Positions 28,363-37,093 of a stretch of 64,000 bases of DNA are shown piece after piece. The notes under the pieces are model-generated. The model searched no databases, was not told the origin of the DNA, and worked only from the letters and a program-made list of their open reading frames with translations. Numbering within the stretch: position 1 is the stretch's first letter; each line of letters begins with the position of its first letter. Source of the DNA: a virus; IMG/VR virus record IMGVR_UViG_3300025313_000944, positions 23,333 through 87,332 of that record; one strand, given 5' to 3'. The position numbers were made by a program, and so were the translations under genes.

Positions 28363-29136
28363 TCAATCATTGGGGTACTTTCTGCGTGGCTTGACCAAGA
28401 TAGCGTAAGATTTCCTATTTTCCATTGGAAGCTTCAACCAATCCCTAAATGCAGACCAAGCATACATTGGTAGGGTTTCTACTATTACAGCACCAACTTT
28501 AGCTGTTCGGTAAATATGCTTATATAGGTTCAGCATATTCATCTCACGGCTTATGGGTTGGTACATATAAATTATGTCATAAGGCTTGAAATCATGCTCG
28601 AAAGCATCTCCCAAAATGAAGGTTGGCCTCGGTTTGTTGGGGTAGAGATCCATGAACTTCTTGCTTAGGAACTTACCGGCGTAATAACTATCGGGTGTGT
28701 ATTCTATCCCGTAGGCCGTCAAGTTGAAGTAATCGCTGGCCAAGAAAGCTTTGTCCCCGATACCAGAACCCACATCTATGAATTTTTTAGCTCTAGGCTT
28801 TGTGAGCAAGGCAGCACTGATGGCAACTACGAAATCGGCAGGCGGCAGTGGTATGTAGGCGTAGTCACCACGCTTATAGGCTAATTCGTCTTTGATATCC
28901 GAGCATGACAACCTATCTGGTTCTAAACCAAATATCAACTTCAAGGCCGCGGTCAGAGACCTGTTCAGTGCTGAGTAATAATATTCTGCCTTACCCTCCT
29001 TGGCCCAGTCCAATAAGAACCAATAGTCTGCTATGCTCACATTTTTGAAGTCAACATTGGTCGTGCACTTGGCACACATGTAAAACTTGCTAGACAAGGC
29101 CCTCATCTCACCACATTCTCTGCATTTTCCAGCCAT
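28363..29136 (-). CDS. Class I SAM-dependent methyltransferase with N-terminal Zn finger
   Basis: CRECG...CAKC; FIDVGSGIG, GIE, GDA, YDIIYMY. Confidence 0.8.
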   Translation of the reverse strand: MAGKCRECGEMRALSSKFYMCAKCTTNVDFKNVSIADYWFLLDWAKEGKAEYYYSALNRSLTAALKLIFGLEPDRLSCSDIKDELAYKRGDYAYIPLPPADFVVAISAALLTKPRAKKFIDVGSGIGDKAFLASDYFNLTAYGIEYTPDSYYAGKFLSKKFMDLYPNKPRPTFILGDAFEHDFKPYDIIYMYQPISREMNMLNLYKHIYRTAKVGAVIVETLPMYAWSAFRDWLKLPMENRKSYAILVKPRRKYPND

Positions 29137-29199
29137 GATAACCCTCCTGAGGGGCTAATCAAAATTTGTAATTTCTTACTTGACATAACCTCTGGTGGT

Positions 29200-29487
29200 T
29201 TATTCTTCCTCGAAACCAGCCTCGCAGGTTTCACAGAGGTTGTTGTCGTTTAGTGGTTCGAGTTCACCACATTCCTCACATAGCTGTATTTCCCAACTCT
29301 CCACCGTATCCTTACCCACCACCAGAAGATTATCATAGTATTCAGGGTCTTGGAATATTACCAATCCTTCCGGTGTAATGCACGCAGGTAATCTATCTGA
29401 CTTTATATTTGCGCGGATAGCTTGGTCGGTGCTCTCCACCGGCCTAATTTTTTGGGAATGAATAACCTCATGGTGCCATTTAAACAT
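29200..29487 (-). CDS. Hypothetical protein with C-terminal Zn finger
   Basis: CEECG...CETC; AAGGAG RBS. Confidence 0.7.
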   Translation of the reverse strand: MFKWHHEVIHSQKIRPVESTDQAIRANIKSDRLPACITPEGLVIFQDPEYYDNLLVVGKDTVESWEIQLCEECGELEPLNDNNLCETCEAGFEEE

Positions 29488-29713
29488 TAGATTTCTCCTT
29501 TTTAACCACAATATTTTCTTCTTTTAGAAACTCTAAGATGCTATCGGCCAAGCCTATGTTCGAGGCGATCTGCACATCGGTTACTACCATACAGTCAGTA
29601 GACCAAGTGGTTACTCCGAAGAAAAATTGAATCTTGAGCATTTGGTCTATATCCTCTAGGGCTTGTCGCAACCCTTGGCGGTCGTCGGCTTGTATAGCTG
29701 CAATTAGTATCAT
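29480..29713 (-). CDS. Hypothetical protein
   Basis: GGAGG RBS. Confidence 0.6.
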   Translation of the reverse strand: MILIAAIQADDRQGLRQALEDIDQMLKIQFFFGVTTWSTDCMVVTDVQIASNIGLADSILEFLKEENIVVKKEKSNV

Positions 29714-29738
29714 TCTACCTCCATTTTTAGTAAGGCTT

Positions 29739-29924
29739 TCATAAGGTCATGAACCCACAAATTCTAATAAGAACCCCAAGGCATGCCATAAACCAGAGTG
29801 CCGCCAACCAAGCTAGTAGAGGGTAACCAGTGGATGCGGCTAAAAATAGCGGGGCGACAGTTATTGAAACAAACAAGCCTAGTGCTAGCCCGGCAGCAGC
29901 ACCTTTACAGACATGTTTCAACAT
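29739..29924 (-). CDS. Small membrane protein
   Basis: Two TM segments; GGAGG RBS. Confidence 0.6.
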   Translation of the reverse strand: MLKHVCKGAAAGLALGLFVSITVAPLFLAASTGYPLLAWLAALWFMACLGVLIRICGFMTL

Positions 29925-29933
29925 TTTAACCTC

Positions 29934-30302
29934 CTATAGTACAAACATAACTTCCACCTCGGTAGGTGGTCGAATAATAGTTACACGTTCTTTGGGTGCA
30001 GGCAACAGCGGTCGGTCGAATTGGTACTCAGGGTTGATGATAGTTTCCCGCACCAAACCCATCACGAAGTAATCCCGCCGCAAGATGTCAGGTGTATCCC
30101 GTACCACCTTGGAGTTTTGCAAAGCGTATTCGATTAGCTTGTTGAACAGTTCCCAGTTGGTAGACGAGTACACCAACTGGAACTCTTTACCCTCGTTGTA
30201 GACGTGGGTGACCTTCTGACCATCCTCGAAAATATCGGCTGCGAATGAGAGAACATCCTTGGTCTCTTCTGGATAGGTTCTCAAGTTTCTGATGTTGTAC
30301 AT
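29934..30302 (-). CDS. Hypothetical protein
   Basis: GGAGG RBS. Confidence 0.7.
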   Translation of the reverse strand: MYNIRNLRTYPEETKDVLSFAADIFEDGQKVTHVYNEGKEFQLVYSSTNWELFNKLIEYALQNSKVVRDTPDILRRDYFVMGLVRETIINPEYQFDRPLLPAPKERVTIIRPPTEVEVMFVL

Positions 30303-30401
30303 GTTACCCCTCCAAAAACTTTCTCAGTTGCCCAAGTTTGGCGTATACAAAAACTTGGGTTGATCCACCTCATTTAGCAACTTTGTTAACATTTTACCCT
30401 C

Positions 30402-30737
30402 CTAATCTGGGTAACTTGGGAAGTAGTTTGTGTCCAAGCTGTGCTCGATCACCATGTATCTAGCAACCTGTGCTTGCTGTGCTTGGCCCCTGTAGACAAA
30501 ACCATCCCAAGCCACGACCCCATAGTAGTGAGGTCTTACTTCTGTGATTTCCTTGACCGACGGTGGGTCACCCGTCTTGTCATACCTACTACCACGATCA
30601 TACCCTATGCCGTGGCTCAAGAATATCTCGGCAGCCTCTTGCACCGAGTCCGCCAAGACAATCGGATCGTGGTAATAATTATGTGGGTCGTCCCTATCTA
30701 CATCAGTACTTCTGCTCATGAAAACGTAGAGATTCAT
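30402..30737 (-). CDS. Hypothetical protein
   Basis: GAGG RBS. Confidence 0.65.
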   Translation of the reverse strand: MNLYVFMSRSTDVDRDDPHNYYHDPIVLADSVQEAAEIFLSHGIGYDRGSRYDKTGDPPSVKEITEVRPHYYGVVAWDGFVYRGQAQQAQVARYMVIEHSLDTNYFPSYPD

Positions 30738-30749
30738 TTTTATACCTCT

Positions 30750-30971
30750 TTATCCCCTAATAGATATTACCAGTGTGCTATTCTCAACTACCCCCCAAGC
30801 CACATCTTTTAATTCAAATTCTAAGGGTGGAAAATAGCCATTCCTAAAAGACAGCAGGTACTTGGAGGGCTTGGTTAATTTGGCGTGAAAAACATCGAAG
30901 GTGTTGAAATCTGCGTAGACTTCTTTACCTAAGAATTGGTCCAATAGTTCATGTGTAATTTCTTGTGACAT
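30750..30971 (-). CDS. Hypothetical protein
   Basis: ATG at 30971; operon packing. Confidence 0.55.
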   Translation of the reverse strand: MSQEITHELLDQFLGKEVYADFNTFDVFHAKLTKPSKYLLSFRNGYFPPLEFELKDVAWGVVENSTLVISIRG

Positions 30972-30985
30972 TTTACATCTTTTAC

Positions 30986-31189
30986 TTATTTCCAAGCTTG
31001 GGTAGGAAATATAGCCACCGCTGAGGTGACCGTTGCTTTTTCCTGTTGGGCAATAGCATACGCATATACTTTGGTGAATGTAACACTGTGCCTACCAAAC
31101 CCAGTTTCAAACTCATCCAACCGAAAATCGTAGAATAGCGGAGTTTTACCTTTATATTTGACTATTGCGTATAGCTTTATTTGTGCCAT
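30986..31189 (-). CDS. Hypothetical protein
   Basis: AAGGAGG RBS. Confidence 0.6.
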   Translation of the reverse strand: MAQIKLYAIVKYKGKTPLFYDFRLDEFETGFGRHSVTFTKVYAYAIAQQEKATVTSAVAIFPTQAWK

Positions 31190-31191
31190 TT

Positions 31192-31484
31192 TTATTCTGC
31201 CTCCTTATAGTTAACACAATCCTCACAGATGCCATTCTCATTTAGCGGTTGAATATCATCACAATTGTTGCACATTCTGAATTCGATGTGTTGGTAGGTA
31301 TTCGTAGTTATATCGACTGCTGTGAGACCCCAAGGGTTGTCAGCATTGGCTACCAACAGCTTGTCTCCCACCCGAATTGGTGCGTCATAGCCAACATCCG
31401 TTATTTTCTTCAGTGCGGCTTCAAAGGTTGGAGTAAGACTTTGCTTTCCGCCAGAACGTCGTAGTGGTGCTTAAATTTTGCCAT
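31192..31484 (-). pseudogene. Frameshifted paralog of 29200-29487
   Basis: MAKFKHHYDV in frame 0; ...FRMCNNCDDIQPLNENGICEDC in the -1 frame; total 293 nt. Confidence 0.7.
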
Positions 31485-31751
31485 TTCCGTTTTTATTCTC
31501 CTTGAAAAATTTTTGCCTAAATAATTGGCCCTGTTACCTCGAAACCGAGGCCGGTGAGAAACACAAAATCCTAGCGCAACCACGGTCCGGTCAAGAACCT
31601 AGGTCGGCTAGGATTTCATTAGAAACCACAATTGATGGTTCCGAGATTGGTGGTAGCAATCTTGGGTGGTACTGACCCCACATAATTCATATCTCTCAGG
31701 TTCTACGATAATTTGGTGCAAACTGGTTAATTCCAGTGTCTAACTGTAGGA

Positions 31752-31794
31752 ATTGTAGCACGAGGTACTTTGGCTGTCAAGCAGTAGATTTACC
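31752..31794 (-). promoter_or_regulatory. Leftward promoter for the accessory operon
   Basis: GGTAAATCT-N4-C-TTGACA-N17-TACAAT with TG extension. Confidence 0.75.
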
Positions 31795-31820
31795 TATAGC
31801 AATCTATAGCTTAACTAGCT

Positions 31821-32018
31821 GGTAGCATACCTAGGCAGGGAGAAAGCACATATATAATGAAACACGGTAATTAACCGCAAATTGCGTATTCGGTGCACTA
31901 AATTAAATTAACTGGGTGACATACCAAGGCAGGGCGTGAAGCATATATAATGAAGGCCGGTGAACGACCGTGATTTACGTATTAGGTACGTTATTTTTAC
32001 CTTGAGCGGTAGCATATC
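31821..32018 (+). repeat. Degenerate ~94-bp tandem repeat (2 units plus start of a third)
   Basis: Units begin at 31821, 31915 and 32008 with GGTAGCATACC-like boxes; first two share AGGCAGGG, CATATATAATGAA, CGGT-N5-ACCG. Confidence 0.75.
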
Positions 32019-32057
32019 TTGGACTGCTGACCAGCTCTAGGTAGCCTACCCAAACTC

Positions 32058-32100
32058 GGTGAAACTGGTTCTTGACAATGCACTCACCGTGTGCTATAGT
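32058..32100 (+). promoter_or_regulatory. Rightward promoter
   Basis: GGTGAAACT-N4-C-TTGACA-N17-TATAGT with TG extension. Confidence 0.8.
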
Positions 32101-32169
32101 AGACCTAGTGATTGGAGTATTGGCAACCCACCCCTAGCTGGGTGGAACTAGCTCATTGGAGGTGAGCAA

Positions 32170-32391
32170 ATGAGAACGATTAGATGCCCTCGCTGCGGTA
32201 ACTTTCACACGATTGGGCAGAATAGTGCCGACTTGATCTGCCCCACCTGTAGAGACCGAGAGTACCAAGAAACGTTGAGTCACCGAGTCGTCCCTCGCAA
32301 ACCAGGGTTGTATTTTCTGTCAGCCCCGGTCGGTTGGGTTCGTATCAATAACGATGACAACCAAGATGAGGTGAATAATGTCGAAATTTGA
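32170..32391 (+). CDS. Zn-ribbon protein
   Basis: CPRC...CPTC; GGAGG RBS. Confidence 0.65.
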   Translation: MRTIRCPRCGNFHTIGQNSADLICPTCRDREYQETLSHRVVPRKPGLYFLSAPVGWVRINNDDNQDEVNNVEI

Positions 32392-33295
32392 TGATCTCAT
32401 CAATATGGCGGTAAAACTTGGTTACTCAATAGAAGCTGAGGAAAAAAAGAGAAGCAAAGCGGCTGCGGTTAGCCGCAAGGCCGGCAAGAAGAAGCGCCAG
32501 CCCGGTGTCAGAAAGTTTGGTGAGGATACTTACCTAACCAGTAAGCTTCTCTACAAGATAATGGATAGAACCGACAAAACTGTCCATTATGTGGCGGGCA
32601 TAGGTGCCGCCGAAAAGTTGGTGGAAGGGTTAAAGACTGAGGAACACAACCTAGTTCTATTTACCACTAACACTTCAGGTGACAAGCTGGTGGCACCTAA
32701 GCACTACCAATGTATCGTATCCAGCAACGGCAAAGCCGGTTATGCTTCCTTCTTCCGACCAACAACCGAGTGGCGGCGGGCAAAAATCCACAATAAAGAT
32801 GGAGCACCTGAATGGGGATTAATACAAATCCTGCCTTGGCCAATAGCACCGGGTGGGTTCTATTTCCTGCTAAAAGACATTCAGGGCGGGGAGAAAGAAG
32901 TCACCGAGGAAGAGCAACGGAAAGTTATAGTTGCCGGTCCTTACCGTGTGGCTGAGGAAAAATATTTGCAGGAATTGTCCAAAGGGGATAGGTTGGTAAT
33001 CGAGGACATCTTGGATGACCGGGCTTTGTTGGACGCCGTTGAATTGGTTCTGAATTGCCACTTCTCGGAATTGTCCACTAGGAGGGCACTGGACATCCTA
33101 CGCAAAGGTACGACCAGATATGCTCATGACCCGACCGAAATAGCAGAAGGTTCCAGCCGGGCTCAGAGAGACCAGCAGACGATAGAGAACCAGCAAACGG
33201 TGATCGACCGGCAAGCTAAAGAGATAGAGAGATTGAGTCTTATAGTCACCCAACAACTGGGAATAATCCAAGGTCTGGGTGAAACTACTGCTTGA
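32378..33295 (+). CDS. Hypothetical protein with C-terminal coiled coil
   Basis: 305 aa; GAGG RBS. Confidence 0.8.
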   Translation: MSKFDDLINMAVKLGYSIEAEEKKRSKAAAVSRKAGKKKRQPGVRKFGEDTYLTSKLLYKIMDRTDKTVHYVAGIGAAEKLVEGLKTEEHNLVLFTTNTSGDKLVAPKHYQCIVSSNGKAGYASFFRPTTEWRRAKIHNKDGAPEWGLIQILPWPIAPGGFYFLLKDIQGGEKEVTEEEQRKVIVAGPYRVAEEKYLQELSKGDRLVIEDILDDRALLDAVELVLNCHFSELSTRRALDILRKGTTRYAHDPTEIAEGSSRAQRDQQTIENQQTVIDRQAKEIERLSLIVTQQLGIIQGLGETTA

Positions 33296-33320
33296 CACTG
33301 AGCTTACCCGATGCTAATCT
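33278..33320 (+). promoter_or_regulatory. Promoter overlapping the end of the upstream gene
   Basis: GGTGAAACT-N4-C-TTGACA-N17-TAATCT with TG extension. Confidence 0.65.
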
Positions 33321-33393
33321 AAGACTGTAGCAGTAGACAGGCCGGTAAGCACCGGCCTAATTTATTGATTTTACCAACAGGAGGGTAAATCAA

Positions 33394-33984
33394 ATGGCCG
33401 ACAAACAACAGAATAGTGGTGACGGACAAGCCACCAAGGTCTCGGTGAGACCCCTGAAATATGCCTACAAACCCATCGTGCCTGGGTTTGTAGGCATATT
33501 TCAGGGTCCCACCGACGACGACCTGATGGGCAAGGAAATCCGCGAGCTTACCTTGGTTCTGCCACCGACCGAGAAGGGGGCAGAGGCTACCAGAATCGAA
33601 TTCTGGAAGGATAGCAAAGAGGTAAAGCAGGACGGCAAGTTGCTTCTACCGCCTCACTACAATGAGTGGTTGCGCTTGCTGGTAGCCCACGCGGTGGCTG
33701 GGTGGACGATGAAGGGTTCTGGTTACGCTTTGAGTGTGGCCATGAACACCGAGTCCTTCAAAGAGGACATCAAAAAGCTGGTTGACCGCGGCGCGGTGGT
33801 GGAAGCCCGGTACGCCAAGCAGGAAAAGTGGATTTATGCACCGTTCAAGTCTCTTTACGAATACGCGGTGCTCCACGCCAGCCTGCTTAAGACCACCGCC
33901 GAACGGTGGCCAGCCGAGACAAAGGTGGCCGAGGAGATTATCTCTGGCGAACCTGAGCGCGTTGAAGTCGAGTTTTCTCTGTAG
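33394..33984 (+). CDS. Hypothetical protein
   Basis: AGGAGG RBS; 196 aa. Confidence 0.8.
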   Translation: MADKQQNSGDGQATKVSVRPLKYAYKPIVPGFVGIFQGPTDDDLMGKEIRELTLVLPPTEKGAEATRIEFWKDSKEVKQDGKLLLPPHYNEWLRLLVAHAVAGWTMKGSGYALSVAMNTESFKEDIKKLVDRGAVVEARYAKQEKWIYAPFKSLYEYAVLHASLLKTTAERWPAETKVAEEIISGEPERVEVEFSL

Positions 33985-34042
33985 TAACCTGCTGGTGCTT
34001 GGGACTGGTTGTCCCCGCCACTACACAAATCACTTTGATAGC

Positions 34043-34149
34043 GGTAGGACATAGCCAGAAATGGTTGTGTCCTGCTCTGAGCCTTACACTTAGTTTTTTG
34101 GGTTGTTTAATTAGCACCTAAGTGTAAGGCTCAAGGTAGGACATAATCA
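34043..34149 (+). other. Structured intergenic element with alternative pairings
   Basis: 16-bp perfect inverted repeat 34078-34093/34118-34133; GGTAGGACATA present twice. Confidence 0.7.
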
Positions 34150-34171
34150 ACCTTAAAGGAGGTGAAACTGA

Positions 34172-34588
34172 ATGACTATAAATACAACCAATGCCAAGGT
34201 ACTTAAGGCTCGTAAGAGAATGAGCAGGTCAGATTTTGGCCACCGAAAATTGGTAGTCGAGTGTGCAGTTTGTGGTGGTCGCAAGAGGTTTAGATCACCT
34301 AGTAATCTTTGTGAAGCCTGCAAATACCTGCTGAACCAAGGCAGCTTTGATGAGAAGTTGCAAGCCATGGTCACCAACAGACAGGTGGTCCGACGCCGCA
34401 AATTTAGGAGCAGAAAGTTTGCCCAGCCACTACCAGTCAAGCAGTATAAATCAGTATTCAGGGCATATGTACCAACAGTAGAGGTACAAGGCATACCAAT
34501 AGTGGTGGGCCAAGACCAGTGGGATGAGTTATTGGCCACTAATGATGGCGGTAACTGGTCAACCTTTCAACCCAATGGAGGTGAATAA
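34172..34588 (+). CDS. Basic Zn-finger protein
   Basis: CAVC...CEAC; AAGGAGG RBS. Confidence 0.7.
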   Translation: MTINTTNAKVLKARKRMSRSDFGHRKLVVECAVCGGRKRFRSPSNLCEACKYLLNQGSFDEKLQAMVTNRQVVRRRKFRSRKFAQPLPVKQYKSVFRAYVPTVEVQGIPIVVGQDQWDELLATNDGGNWSTFQPNGGE

Positions 34589-34590
34589 AG

Positions 34591-34797
34591 ATGTGGTCAT
34601 GCCCAACACACCCGCAAATTAGGTTTGCTGCCAACAGGCCAGACACCTGCCAGCAAATAGTATCAACCGTATGTGACAAGTGTCAAGAAGCAAACCCGGT
34701 AAGTCAGTTTGGGTTTCACCCCTATGGTTGTGGTGGTAATGTAGTAGCTATTCGCTGTAGGAGAAAATTGGAGGTAGATAAAGATGAAGGAGATTGA
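34591..34797 (+). CDS. Small Cys-rich protein
   Basis: GGAGG RBS. Confidence 0.6.
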   Translation: MWSCPTHPQIRFAANRPDTCQQIVSTVCDKCQEANPVSQFGFHPYGCGGNVVAIRCRRKLEVDKDEGD

Positions 34798-35047
34798 CGA
34801 GTACAATTCTAGGTTTATCAGTGGTGTAGGCATTGCCGCCAGCAGAGTCAGGTTGTTGCTGAAAGAATGCTTACCAATCCACGGCTCATTGGTCTACAAC
34901 GGCTTGGTGGCAGAGTGCCCCAAACGGACGCCTTACCAGTCGTTCAGGTATTGGACACAAGCCTTGCGAGCGGTTGAAGGTCTGCACGCGGCACCGGCAC
35001 TTCTGGAACGTCTCGGAACCGATGCGGTCCACCAGATGTCTGATTAG
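34784..35047 (+). CDS. Hypothetical protein
   Basis: GGAGG RBS. Confidence 0.55.
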   Translation: MKEIDEYNSRFISGVGIAASRVRLLLKECLPIHGSLVYNGLVAECPKRTPYQSFRYWTQALRAVEGLHAAPALLERLGTDAVHQMSD

Positions 35048-35145
35048 ACTAAAAACATAGGTAAAATAGCTATTTCAAGCGAAAAAACCGGGGGAAATGG
35101 GAAGGTTTCCCCCACCGCCATTATCCAGCTTTTATCTCATTGTTC

Positions 35146-35216
35146 ACCTCCTTTCTTGAGCCCACCTAGGGTCTTGCCAACCTTAGGTGGGCATTTTCTT
35201 TTTATAGAAAGGAGGT
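35146..35216 (+). promoter_or_regulatory. RBS-sequestering hairpin
   Basis: ACCTCCTTTCT (35146) is the exact complement of AGAAAGGAGGT (35206), enclosing a GC-rich inner stem. Confidence 0.7.
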
Positions 35217-35223
35217 ACACGAA

Positions 35224-35319
35224 ATGCCCGTAATCGTTATTGTAGTAATCTTGGTAGCCATTGTAGTTGTGCCAATCGCCGCAGCCTTGCTCGATGGCTA
35301 CCTGTTGGGAGGTGAATAA
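35224..35319 (+). CDS. 31-aa hydrophobic peptide
   Basis: MPVIVIVVILVAIVVVPIAAALLDGYLLGGE; strong RBS. Confidence 0.65.
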   Translation: MPVIVIVVILVAIVVVPIAAALLDGYLLGGE

Positions 35320-35320
35320 A

Positions 35321-35419
35321 GTGGACTTGGTGACTGTTCTTTCATATTTGGTAGTATTGGAGGCCGTCATATTCCTAGCTTACGCGGCTGACACGTGGCT
35401 AGAATGGTGGTACCGCTAA
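35321..35419 (+). CDS. 32-aa hydrophobic peptide
   Basis: GGAGG RBS, GTG start; TAATG coupling to next gene. Confidence 0.6.
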   Translation: MDLVTVLSYLVVLEAVIFLAYAADTWLEWWYR

Positions 35420-35754
35420 TGCAATACCTCAAGGTAGCAATGGTACTCGTAGCCACTTGGAGGTTTTACCGACTCGTGGCGGTGGACACCGGACCTAAAT
35501 GCCTGCTGCGTAAGTTTAGGTGTTGGGTGGGTGTCAGGTACAACGGGGATTGGTCGGAGTGGAGCACCGAGAATGGGTCATTGGCTGAAATGATCACGTG
35601 CTGTAAGTGTGCTCCGGTGTGGTGGGGGGCAGCCTTTACACTCTTGTATCTATTTGCATCAGATACCTTGTTCTTCCTTATAACCCTACCATTGATAGCT
35701 AGTGCGTTCACCTTGGTGTTTGAAAACATTGTGTATGCACCAAGGGAAAAATAA
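35419..35754 (+). CDS. DUF1360-like membrane protein
   Basis: ATWRFYRLVAVD...ITCCKCAPVW pattern. Confidence 0.65.
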   Translation: MQYLKVAMVLVATWRFYRLVAVDTGPKCLLRKFRCWVGVRYNGDWSEWSTENGSLAEMITCCKCAPVWWGAAFTLLYLFASDTLFFLITLPLIASAFTLVFENIVYAPREK

Positions 35755-35781
35755 TAGGACAACCTTTAAGGAGGTACTCAA

Positions 35782-36642
35782 ATGTCTAGCAAGCACAACC
35801 GAATATTTGTGGTACTGGTGATCTTGGCTCTCTTATTCAGTTTGGCATCGGTGGCCTACGCCGAAAAACCAGACAATGATGGGGAACACGGTAACTCCGG
35901 CCAACACGATCCCGACGATGATGGCCGAGGCCCCGACCGGGGTGAGGGTAAGCCGGATGACACCGATGGTGATCACAACAATGGTTCAGGCAATGACCCC
36001 GATCATTGCGACGACAACGAGGGTCGGTGTGGAAATGACGGAGATGAAGGTGGACCCGAAGCTACCGAGGAACCACTTGCTGACGAGCCTACCCAAGAAG
36101 CTACTCAGGAACCTACACCAGAAGAGACAAGTGTGCCTGAGGTGACGGAGCAGCCAACTGAGGAGGCTACGCCTGAAGTTACACCTTTGCCGGAGGAGAC
36201 ACCCACACCTGAGGTAACTGAGCAGCCTGAGCTTCCGCCACCTTACACACCTACTGAGCTACCACAACCACCACAGACACCCAGAGGTGGTATCCCAGAT
36301 CGAGACTGCTGGCCAACCGATGCCGATAGTTACACTTGTGGTGGTGACGAAGATACCGGACACAACAATAATGACACCTTTGTTCCGGTGATCGACGAAG
36401 TCGTGGTAGAACAGGGCTTGGAGCCGTTGCCTATGGCGGGTGTTACAGAATTACCTACCTTGGGTTATGGACCTCCGCCAAATAGCTTGTACTTGAATAC
36501 GGTGTTTGTCTTAATTGCCTTGGCTTTTTGGGCGGGATCGCTGACAACCACCGTTGGTATCTACTTCTTAGCGCCGCGGCCTAAAGCCACCAAGCAGGAA
36601 ATGCCTTACCTCGTTCTAGATAACGGTGATGATCTCTGGTAG
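35782..36642 (+). CDS. Exported, C-terminally anchored surface protein with acidic and Pro/Thr/Glu-rich regions
   Basis: Signal peptide ending AYA; D/G/N-rich block; PTEE/TPEVT repeats; LPTLG, TM helix, basic residues. Confidence 0.75.
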   Translation: MSSKHNRIFVVLVILALLFSLASVAYAEKPDNDGEHGNSGQHDPDDDGRGPDRGEGKPDDTDGDHNNGSGNDPDHCDDNEGRCGNDGDEGGPEATEEPLADEPTQEATQEPTPEETSVPEVTEQPTEEATPEVTPLPEETPTPEVTEQPELPPPYTPTELPQPPQTPRGGIPDRDCWPTDADSYTCGGDEDTGHNNNDTFVPVIDEVVVEQGLEPLPMAGVTELPTLGYGPPPNSLYLNTVFVLIALAFWAGSLTTTVGIYFLAPRPKATKQEMPYLVLDNGDDLW

Positions 36643-36668
36643 TAACCATACACAAGGTAGTTGAGTAC

Positions 36669-36698
36669 AGCCCGCAAGAAATTGCGGGCTTTCTTTTT
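36669..36698 (+). terminator. Intrinsic terminator
   Basis: AGCCCGCAA-GAAA-TTGCGGGCT followed by T-tract. Confidence 0.85.
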
Positions 36699-36952
36699 GA
36701 CCAAAACCAAGTCGGTACTTCAAAGTTTTTCTCCATCAGAAATATTTCCGCGCAAATACCCAAGCCTGTTACCTCGGAAACCTTGTGGGTACCCAACCTA
36801 GCAATAGATGAGACTACAACTGTAGACTAAGCTACCTACCAACTTTTCGCGGGAAAGATATCTTGGTTAATATAATATCTATAATAGAGTACTACTATCT
36901 TGGTAACAAAATGACTGTTTAAAATCAACACACGGTCTTGGATTAGACTACC

Positions 36953-37009
36953 GGCTATTTAAAATGAGGATTACTATTTAAAATGAGGATGGCTATTTAA
37001 AATGAGGAT
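36953..37009 (+). repeat. 3 x 19-bp tandem repeat (iteron-like)
   Basis: NNCTATTTAAAATGAGGAT at 36953, 36972, 36991. Confidence 0.9.
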
Positions 37010-37093
37010 TGGTTCGGCGGTAGATTACCGGCCGGCCGGTAAGTCTTACACTCTGTAAGACTTCATCTAAACTACACTAGTCTACTATATACT

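Noticed and set aside
36953-37009. 19-bp repeats as a mini-CRISPR
   Set aside because: Units are directly adjacent with no spacers.
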